Positions 53,966 to 64,000 of a stretch of 64,000 nucleotides of DNA are shown one piece after another. The translations under genes were made by a program, and so were the position numbers. The stretch comes from Geosiphon pyriformis uo1 (lineage: Eukaryota > Fungi > Glomeromycota), in contig JAAOMT010000009.1 of NCBI GenBank assembly GCA_016748015.1, forward strand, positions 1,174,954 through 1,238,953, written 5' to 3'. Below the pieces are notes generated by a model. It searched no databases, was not told the DNA's origin, and was given only the letters and a program-made list of their open reading frames with translations. Numbering within the stretch: position 1 is the stretch's first letter; every line of letters begins with the position of its first letter.

Positions 53966-55856
53966 TTTTTTTATTATTATTATTAAAATTTAACAAGTGA
54001 AGTCCAAACACCATCTAGTGCTATACATTATACAAATGATTTAAACTAGACGTGAATCATGCCTTTGCTACACGTGACCAGATACTCAGACTAATCAGAA
54101 CAACACTACGCACTTATATAAACAGAAGCCATGTCACCAACACCTGCATAAAACAAATAATGCTTACAATACCCAAAACTGATGCCAAGTGCATCAGCAA
54201 CACCCAACAACCTAATCATCCCAGCCAAAAGCTGCATAGAAAAACCAGAAACAGTGATAGAAATGGAACCATCACGTGGAATCAGCTTATTCTTCTCCAT
54301 AATGGCCTGGTGTTTCGCATAAACCAGCCAGATACTATCACAAAATGCAAAACAAAACTCACGTACAAAATTCACAACATTAACTACTGCCACCTTAGGA
54401 TCCTTGTAAATAGAAACAGACTCATGATACCAATCGCCAAAAACAAAGCCCTTACACAGAGCTGTACTAACAGTCACATCTGAAATGCAAGTCAACAACA
54501 ACTGTGATATGCATGAAGAAGAGTGAGACAAACCAGAATGCACCTCCCAGGCAGCTGCATAAGTGTTCAACAAACCAGCATAATTATCAGCGTCAGAAGA
54601 GTAAGAAAAGACATGGTTTGAGACTTTAACCTCACCACAGAACAAACAAACTACACTGAGATAACCCCTATCATATAGATGCTTTTGCACAGCAACAGGA
54701 AGGCAATGATGAAAGGCTTTCATAAAATATGTATGAAAGCCAGCTGTCCAAATACTAGTAAAACCAGTTGCCATGTGAGAATCCAGGTGTCACACCAAAG
54801 AAAACCTCAACCAGTCAATATCAGCATGCAAACAATCTGGAACCACCCAGAAACCAGAACCAACCTCTCAATGCGCACGATAGATTGACCTAAATATGTC
54901 ACAAACAAAATACCTCAAATTACCAGAAACCGTATCAACACCAGCCTTCAAAAACCTCTCACTGACCAAGTAGGGCAGATGCCAGGCAGAAAGGGCAGTA
55001 TTCTTTGCAAGTGCATCAGTCTGCTTGCTGCCTGAAACGCCCGAATGGCCCTTAACTTTAATCCAATTAACATCCAAATTTTTGTGATGAATGACATTGG
55101 CGATGTGACGATGCTTAATCCAACAACAATTTCTGAAATTAGGGCCAACTGATAAAAATTCCAACCTGCAAGCATCTAAAGCCGCTTGGCTGTCCAAGAA
55201 CAAGTCAACTGAATAAAAAGAAGGAACACATTCAAGAACTAAAACAATGGCCTGCAACTCTGCCAAAGTAGAAAAAACCAAACCAGAAACTCTCACACCC
55301 AAACCCGAATCAATGTCCTCAAAGAAAACTGCAGCACCAGCCAACATGTCAACAGTGCCCAAGTTACTTAGAAATCCATCTGTGTACACAAAGAGATAGG
55401 CGGCACCAACATTTAACAGATCATTACAAATAACACCAAAACCAAAAGACTGATGAATGTCAGAAGAGCCACAAACACTCTCATGAGGAGAACGACCAAA
55501 AGAAAAAGCAATACTACCAAGAAAACGAACAGAGAGATCAAACCAAAAGGGGACTGGGCCATAGGGGTCCAGTCTTTTCCAATGCTTGAAAGTCTTCCAA
55601 TCAAAAACAACACTATTATGGTCACAAAGCTGTTCTACAAAAGCAATACCATAATGCCTAAGGGTAAAGACACATTTGAAGAAAATTGCCTCACTGAGAA
55701 CTAGAGACATAGGAGTACCACTCCGAAAACAAAAAGCACTGGCCAGAGAGCCACTCAAAGATAAATCACACCCAGAAAAAATACAAACCACAACTGCCAA
55801 AAAGTTGTTTGAAAAACTGACTCTAACACAAACAGAAAACAACAAAAAGTGATAAG
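53966..55856 (-). mobile_element. 5'-truncated younger LINE (RNase H plus C-terminal Zn finger)
   Basis: VYTDG, AELQAI, LDSQAA, KVKGHSG, CLFCGEV; (TAA)n/polyA tail; 10-bp TSD GCAAAAAGTT at 53956-53965 and 55857-55866. Confidence 0.92.
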
Positions 55857-55991
55857 GCAAAAAGTTATTAAAAAAAATTAGATTATAACTAATAAAATTT
55901 ATGATAAATTTGTGTAAATTTGTATAAAAAAAGAATAAATATAACTTTTTTTTTAACTTTTTTTTTAATTTTTTTGGCTGAAAATTTGGCT

Positions 55992-56210
55992 TAAAACAAC
56001 AATAAAAATTACTTAAGTTAATATTAAAAAAACACAGTTTTTGATGATATAAATACTATAATAAATCTGAGCTTTAAATGATACTAATACTGAAAATTCA
56101 GTTTTAAGACAATAATAAAAACCAATTTAAGCCAATATTAAAAAAACATAATTTTCAATAATATAAGCACTATAATAACTTTGAGTTTCAAATAATACTA
56201 ATATACTATA
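55992..56210. repeat. Two diverged tandem copies of a ~113-bp unit
   Basis: Units start ~55992 and ~56105; both contain AATATTAAAAAAACA...ACTATAATAA...ATACTAATA. Confidence 0.7.
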
Positions 56211-57309
56211 TAGTATGCTAATTTCATTATTGGCCATCAACTAACCCAAATTTATATAAAAATATATGTATATACTTTTAATATAATTCTATAATCTTTT
56301 AATATTTTAAAAAATTTATTTACAATGTTTATTTTATTATGTTATCTACTTATTAATCTAAAATTAATTATTGTTTATTAAAAATTCCAATTGTTATTAA
56401 TATAATGAGTAGTAATAAAGACAAAAGCTTTATTATTAGGAGATATCTAAAAATCTGATATAATAAAAATTTTAAACTTAATAATACCTAAGTATACTTA
56501 TTATATTATAAGTATGAATAAAAAAAACATTTTATAATAAAAGTAATGTTTACTTTTAATTTTTGTTTACTCAAAACATAGAATTTTGTGACTTTATTCT
56601 TAATTGTATTAGCACAAACAGATTAAAAAATAGGATTCAAATATTAGAATATTTTAATTAATTTAGAGTCTTCTACTATAAAAAGTAATTGTTGACAATT
56701 GATAAGCCAAATAGTAATTATGTTATAAAGTTTTTTATTATTAATGTTAATAGTAGTTATTACAGAAAACTAGAGCAGTTTTTTAGTTAAATTGGCCAAA
56801 AATCATAAAAAAAAATAACAATCTTACCTATTGAAATATTTCTTTAATAGATTCACAATTTTTTTGGACATTTTACTTTTTTTTATAATATTTTTCTGTT
56901 GTAACATATACTGTTTAATAGAAAATCTTTAAATAGTACTATAAGGATTTAATAGTATTCATAATTCTACAAGAAAATGGTTTATGTACATATTTTAAAA
57001 CCATATATTTAACTGTTTTTTTCTTTTGTTTACTCAAACTTATTAAAATAGTTTTATATTTTACTCTAAAAACTACATTTACCAAATATATTAATATTTA
57101 AACTATTTAAGTTATTAAATTTCATTATTTCAAATTTTAAATCTTTGATAATATTGGATAATATTAACAATAAATTTATTTTAGTAAATTGAAGAATAAA
57201 ATTATTATATATACATAGTTTTGTATACTTTTTTAACTAATTATAGTAATTAAACAAAATAATGATTAATAAACAAGTAGTACAAATTATATTTTTTTTT
57301 AATTTCAAT

Positions 57310-57496
57310 TAAACTTGAACTAGTTTATGAACTTTAAACCAGACTTAAACTGAACTTAAACTTGTTAAAAAAATTTAATGCCAAATTTAAACTAAATCTA
57401 CTTTAAAAAATTGATTTGATTCAAGTTTGGTTTATAATTTAAACCAAGCTTAAACAACACTTAATTTTTGTTTAGTTTGGTTTAATTAGAAACCTA
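57310..57496. mobile_element. Possible DNA-transposon end with degenerate short AAACC/GGTTT subterminal repeats ending in AACCTA
   Basis: Clustered AAACT/AAACC/GTTTGG motifs in both orientations; partner end not found. Confidence 0.3.
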
Positions 57497-57606
57497 AATT
57501 AAATAAACAAAGCTTATAAACTTAATTAGAAAAGCAGTTTTTATAAACTTTTAAAAAGCAAACTCTATACAAAAAGGTTTTATATTGTTTTTAAATACTA
57601 ATTTTG

Positions 57607-60600
57607 CATTCAAAAAACCATGTACAGACTGAAAATCAGTTTTAATATAAGTTAATTTGATCTTAAAAATTGCACCAAACACTAAAATAAAAGCTATTTA
57701 CTTAACAAATCTTTGATAACTAGTAATAGTTTCTTAAATATTATTAATAACAGCACTAAAAATTAACAAGAAAATAATTTAGTTTTTATTTGATTAATTC
57801 AGTTTTCAAAAACAGATAATTCAACAAAAAAAAGTTGCTTTGCTTTTATAATTAGTAAAAATTTGCCAAAAAACATTATATTAGGTAGCATAATCAATAA
57901 TTTATTTTGGTTTACCTTAGATAATAAGCCAAATAATACAACAAAAAATTTTTCTAAAATTTATTAAGAATCACAAATAGGTTTAATGTAACAATAATAA
58001 AAATAGACAACTATTGCTGTTTTTTTAAACTTTTGGTTTTTCTAATTATTTTAAAAAAAATAGTATTAAAAGAGCCAGTTAAAAATAAAAAAATGTTTTA
58101 ATGACTATTAAAAACAGTCTTTTACTATTATTATTTAAAAGAAAAACTTTTAAAATATTTTGTTTAGCAATTTTTATAACAAAAAAAACTTTTTTGATTA
58201 AAACTTTATTAAATATTTTAAAAAAATATTAAATACAGCTTTTTTACTCTTTGCTTTGATTATCATTATAAAATTAAGGAAACAAAAAAGTTTTATTGGT
58301 GTTTTTGGTAAAATTATTACTAATTTAAATAAAATATAGCTTAAATAATACTTAAAATAATATGTAAATTAATATTATTAAAAACTTATTTTTAAATAAA
58401 AAAACTTTTACTAAAATAATAATATTATAAAAATTTAATGCTTTTAATATCAAGTTTAATTTTTAAAAAACTACTGATTAAATAAATAAATAATTAAAAA
58501 TAATAATGCTTTTATAAATATAATATATACATAAAATAACTGTTTAAAATAGGTTTTTTATGTTAAATTTAATTTAATATGATCTTAATTGGCTTGAATA
58601 ATTAGTTATATTTATTTTAAAACAATTAATAGCTAATTATTATTAATTTTATTGATTATAAACTAATAACATAATATAAAATTTGCATTAAAAACAAAAT
58701 TACATAATTATTAAATATAGACTTTTAAAAAATAATTTAGTATAAAATTTTTTTATTGATTGATTAGAATTATTAATAATCTATTTAACATTTAATTTTT
58801 ACTCTAAAAAAATGATTAAAAGTTTTGTTATAATAATACAATGTTTTAAAATAATAATAATGTCTCAAAAATTTTAAAGTCAAGTTTAATACAATCTTTT
58901 TTTTTAAGCTTTTTACTTTATTAGTATTTAAGAATCTTGCCAACTTATTATTAATTAAACAGAACAATATTTTTGTAAATGCTAATATTTTAAAATTCTC
59001 TATAGTGCCCAAATCTTATGTTTTTTTTGTCAATTATTAGTTTAAAAATATTGGCATCTATCTAGTTTTTAAAATTAGATTACTTATTAATCATAGTATT
59101 TTATATTTTTTTGTTTTACTTTTATTTTTGACTACTTTCAAAGCAGTTTTGCTTATTCATTTATTGTGTTTTTTTAAAAGAGTGAAAGTTCACAATATTT
59201 TACAGTTAGCAATATTTTAACAATGAGTAAATGAAATTAACAATTTTTTATTTAATGAAATTAATTAGATCAAAATCATAATTAATGTTTTTAGTTTGGA
59301 AAATGCTTATATCTTTAATTTTTATTGCTTACTTAAAGCTTATTAATAATGTTTACTTATTAATCAATAATAAAAATTGACATACAATAATTTCAATAAT
59401 ATTTGGAAACTTTCTAGTTTACAATAACAATATTAATAATTAATAGACAATAGAATAAAGAATAATTTTTTATTTTTATTAGAAAACAAAATATTTATTT
59501 TTGAAATCAATTTTTTTAACTAAAAATTAAGATCCCTAAGTATTAAAATATAAAAAACAAAAATATACATAGTTAATTGTGTAAAACTTGTAAGTTATAG
59601 ACCACTTAATATATATTAACATAAATAAAACTATCAGCTTAATTAATTAATAGTTTATTTTTTAATTTATCTTAAAATTATTAGTAGATTTGTTTATTTC
59701 TGAAAAAAAGTTATTAATACCAATCTTGAAAATAAAGTTATTTAAACAAGATTTACACTTCAACAAATGAGTTAATGCTTTAAATTAGAAGTTCAATTAA
59801 AGTATTGCTTATAAAGAGTAGTAATATTTATGCTATTCACTTTTAAAGCTAAAAATACTACTAATTTTATATAAAAAACTTTAGGATAATTATAAAAGCA
59901 ATTGATATAATAATAATTTAACAAATTATAATAACATAAATAGGCAATTAATTCTCAGATACTATTTTATTAAGATAGTATACAATTTATTAACTAAATA
60001 GCTTTTGGTATTTTAATTTAGAACTTAACAATATGAACATAATTGTATTAAGTAATTATTGACTAAAGCAACAGCCAGTTAAAATATTTAAAATATAGTC
60101 AATTTTTAAAAAAAATTCAGATTTAGCCTTAAGAATACAGATTTTAAATGATTAAAATTAAGCTTTAAAACTAATTTTAATATTAGCAGCAGCCAGTTTT
60201 CTTTGCAATTATTCGGATCTTAACTTCTAAATCTTTGATTGTTGTAATTACTGTCTTGTTAGTTTTGCTAATTAGTTTGTTTACAAATATTCTTAATTAA
60301 ATCTAGTAAAACCATAATAGTTATCATAGAAATTCATTGATTTTAGTTAAACTTATAATAGCAAGTTATAATATTAGTATTTTACTTGTGTATTTAATAT
60401 GTAAGTCTTGTAATCTAAGCAAATAACTTGACAATACTATTTGGTTTAATGTTTTGTAAGAGAAACAACAGCCAGTAATTTGGTTGTTTTAATTGGTTTT
60501 AATTCAAATTTTGACTTGGGACTAAAACATTAAAAAAGTAAATAGTATTGTTATAAAAGCTTTGTATATGTAGAGTAATATTTCATACTTTAAAAAATTG

Positions 60601-62144
60601 CTAAAGCATTCACTTAATGTAAAAAATAAACTCAAATGTAATTGTAAAGCCTCTTATGAAAATGCTTTTTTACAAGATATTGGTATAGATTTTTTAAAAT
60701 AAATATTTAAAAACCAAACAGTAATCAGTCAATTTTAATTAAAAAAAAATAGGCTAAACAATTGATCCAGAGGCAGACAAACAGAACAAACTGGCCCATT
60801 AACAGGTTGAGTGCATTTTTGTGAGAAAATATTAACACTTGGAAAGTAAGTTGAAACATGTTGTGTTTCAGTGGTTAGAATTTCTGGAGTGCATTAATCC
60901 AATAGCATAGAGGATGAGGAGATTTACATAGTATGATGTTTTAAGTTAAATTGATCGAGAGATCTAGGAACTCCACATGTTATAGACAATCAGGCAGCTG
61001 AAAGTAAGTTTGGTATTGGGTATCAACCCATATTGTTGGACAACTTTTATGTAATTTAGAAATTCTGATGAATTACATGGCCAAAAGTCCAAGATGTGGA
61101 TGCTTTTCTAATGATTGTTAGCTCTTGAAAAAGTTCACCTTGTCTGTTTTCAGATGAAAAGCCTTGCACATTAGATATTTAAATGATTTAAATTGCAACT
61201 TTGGAACTAAACAATTAAAAAATCATAGTCTTTATCTTGAGCTTGAAATGGAAACCAATCTGTATCAATATAATCTTTATGAATTGGTGATTTTGTTGTT
61301 AACTTACCAAGCAAAAGATTAAAATATTAAAGATAAAAATATTTTAGCAATTAATTTACCTATCATTAAAATTTTTGAGATTTTTAAAAATGTAAAAACA
61401 ATATATTTTATATTGCAATTATCACACTTTATAAAATGAGACAAAAAATTTAATAATTTTAATTGTGAAATTATAAGTTTTATTACAAATTAAAATTTAT
61501 TTTCTAATACGTATAATGAATTTAAACCTCAAATCACCAAAACTTTAGTTTTAACATATTTTTTACCACATTTGTTCAATAAACATTAAATTAAAGATAT
61601 AATAACCATAACAATCATAATTGTAATAATAAACTCGTTTAAATAAATTAGTTACTCTAATGTATCTAAAATCTTGGGTCTATGTTTTAAAAAAAATCTA
61701 AACCATAAGCCGATTTTTCTATCCGAAGGCGTCTAAATACTTATTAAGAACTGATTAAATAATATTAATAAAATTCTCTATGAGTGAATGAATGAATGAA
61801 TGAAAAGTAACGTGTAATGAATGATTATATTAGGGCAGCAACACTAGAGTCCAAAAGAGTAGCTTGAGAAGATCTCGTCAAATCGATATTAAAATTACCG
61901 CCACGTTCATCCAAATATTGTTCTAAAGTTTGGGCTACAATTTCACCACCATCATGCGACAATCTTTGATTTGATTCTTCGCAAACTCCGAGCATCCCGT
62001 AGGCATGAAGAATATAGCTACTCCAATGACCTAATTCAAAATCTTCTTTAGGCATCTCGACACATGATCCTTGAATTTCCATCAAACGTTTAAGACCATC
62101 TTCTATAAATTATGGACGTGGTACATATATAAATGGCTTGGAAT
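57607..62144 (-). repeat. Right arm of the large inverted duplication
   Basis: Reverse complement of 6672-12302 minus the 8582-9587 LTR. Confidence 0.95.
61825..62144 (-). pseudogene. Inverted duplicate of most of the last exon of the GT-B gene
   Basis: Identical to 6672-6994 except 3 transitions and one GAA deletion (manual comparison). Confidence 0.93.
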
Positions 62145-62844
62145 CCTCTGCTTACTCGAGTTCTTTAGCGACTTCCGTTATTAATGTGGTGGTGGAACAA
62201 AGTGGTATGTATTTTCATTTTGATCCCTTTTACTTTTGATCCCTTTTACCTTTTCAATTCTGAACTGAAAAAACTAATTTTCCTTTTTTTTTTTTAAATT
62301 TTTTTCAATAGGAACTTTGAACCATACATTTACATTCGATTTTACCTCATATGACAATAAAACAAGAATAGCAACTTATCAGCCCACAAAATCAACAAAC
62401 TCATTCCTTTCATATCCCAGTAAATTAGATCCACCAAAATTATCCAGTGTCACACTACGACCATCACAAATTTCTTCTTCTTCTTCTTCTTCTTCTCTTT
62501 CACGCAAGAATATTACTTTACCATCAATCTCTCTTTTACACGAACCAAAAGAATTCGATAGTCGTGAGGAGACAACATGTTTCTTGACACCTCCAAATAA
62601 CAAATGGAAATTCAAGATTAGAGTGACTAAAAATTGTGGATTGGATTCAACAGACTACTTTCGTTGGGTGATTCCAATGAAATTCGAGTTGCAAGTTGAT
62701 GAAAAATTAGCTGCAAGCTATCAAGAGTTATCATTCATATTGAAACAAAAGCAAAATCGACAAAATTCTCAATGGTCTTGGTTATTAAAACCATTTGGGA
62801 AATGTTTCTGTTTTCATGGCCGAAAAATAAGACAGGATTCATAG
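62145..62844 (+). CDS. 3' part of an unknown gene (exon to 62204, intron 62205-62311, last exon 62312-62844), apparently 5'-truncated by the inversion junction
   Basis: GTATGT donor and polypyrimidine-AG acceptor join SAYSSSLATSVINVVVEQS/GTLNHTF in frame with the 175-aa ORF; no in-frame ATG back to the TGA at 62072. Confidence 0.55.
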
Positions 62845-63410
62845 GAAAAAAAAACAAAAAACATTTTTGATACGATATTTTATTTTAAGGGTGAAATGAT
62901 TTTTTGAATTTCTTTAGCTAATTTTTTTTTTTTTTTTGAACTTTTATTTTGTAAAATATTACATATTTTTTTAATAATTTGAACTTGATATTTTAATCGG
63001 TTAAATGCTTAATATCCTAGAATAAATTTAGTAGTATAGAATTAAAAAATTCAGAATGACAAGAAATCTTTCAAACTCACGAAAAAGACAAAAATAAAAA
63101 AATGTTCAAAATATTTGAAACCTAAACAAATATGATATGACAATTTTATTTAAATCTTGATGAAATCGAAAATAAAAGAAAACAACCGATTACCAAAATG
63201 CAAATATTAATATAAAATCAAAAGATTTTGCATTTTTTTTTTAGCATAATAATTAATACTTCATTTTCAGTCAAAACCAATCATCTTTTTTCACTTGGAA
63301 ATCAAAAATCCCCCCCCCCTCCCCCATTTGAAACATTCCAAATGATACATGTGTACTCAATTTAACGAAATTTAGAATTTTCAACATGAATTTGATAAAA
63401 ATTGCTTATT

Positions 63411-63453
63411 AAACAAACAAACAAACAAACAAACAAACAAATAAATAAATAAA
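63411..63453. repeat. (AAAC)n(AAAT)n microsatellite
   Basis: Visible. Confidence 0.85.
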
Positions 63454-63874
63454 TATTTTTGCTCACTCAATAATAATTGAAAAAGAAAAAGAAATAATAA
63501 AAATCATATTCAAAGGTTAAAATTTCCCATGTTTATTTTTATTTTACGATCGTGAATAGGACCGATTTACGTTCGTCTTTTTCTTTTTTCTTTTTTTTCT
63601 TTTTTTCTTTTTTCTTTTTTCTTTTTTAATCATTCTTTCATTTTGATGAAAAGATAAACAAGGAAAATTTGAGGTTTTAAAAACATATTAATCAGCATTG
63701 GGAAAATATATTTTTTTCAATATAAAAAAATTTATAAAGTTTCTCCGATTAATTTCATTTCACGGATACATTATTTCCGAGGGAAAAATTATTATTATAA
63801 TTATTATTATTTTATTTCACAGAAATCAAAATTTATAATTAGATATCAAGATTGATTTTGAGAGAGTTTTTTTT

Positions 63875-63906
63875 AATAATAATAAATAATAATACAATAA
63901 TAATAC

Positions 63907-64000
<94 letters not shown>
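63875..64000. repeat. (AAT)n microsatellite running off the window edge
   Basis: Visible, >30 units. Confidence 0.95.

Noticed and set aside
6672-62144. Giant TIR transposon, Starship or Maverick defined by the inverted arms
   Set aside because: The arms are host exon, intergenic and LINE sequence; no TSD, tyrosine recombinase, polB or cargo genes seen
63875-64000. (AAT)n as a telomere
   Set aside because: Not a G-rich telomeric unit; simple microsatellite truncated by the window edge

Overview
AT-rich fungal genomic DNA with spliceosomal introns. The TE families and gene style suggest an early-diverging fungus such as Glomeromycotina/Mucoromycota (inference). 1-7 kb holds three host genes: the 5' half of glycogen synthase (-), an intronless secreted Cys/Gln/Asn-rich precursor with seven dibasic (Kex2-type) delimited modules (+), and a 4-exon stand-alone GT-B protein resembling the N-terminal domain of plant L-arabinokinase (+). 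About 7-62 kb is a gene-free nest of retroelements: three LINEs with RNase H, two long dUTPase-carrying Ty3/Gypsy elements, a truncated Gypsy, four solo LTRs and a hAT remnant, all eroded by C>T/G>A transitions. A ~4.5 kb inverted duplication (6672-12302 vs 57607-62144) brackets the nest, copies the last exon of the GT gene and appears to cut into another gene. Most notable: (1) the modular Kex2-type peptide precursor; (2) the inverted duplication with a sharp mutation gradient; (3) Gypsy elements whose integrase is a separate ORF (stop + 29 nt + ATG in both copies) and which carry a Cys-rich domain plus dUTPase between protease and RT.
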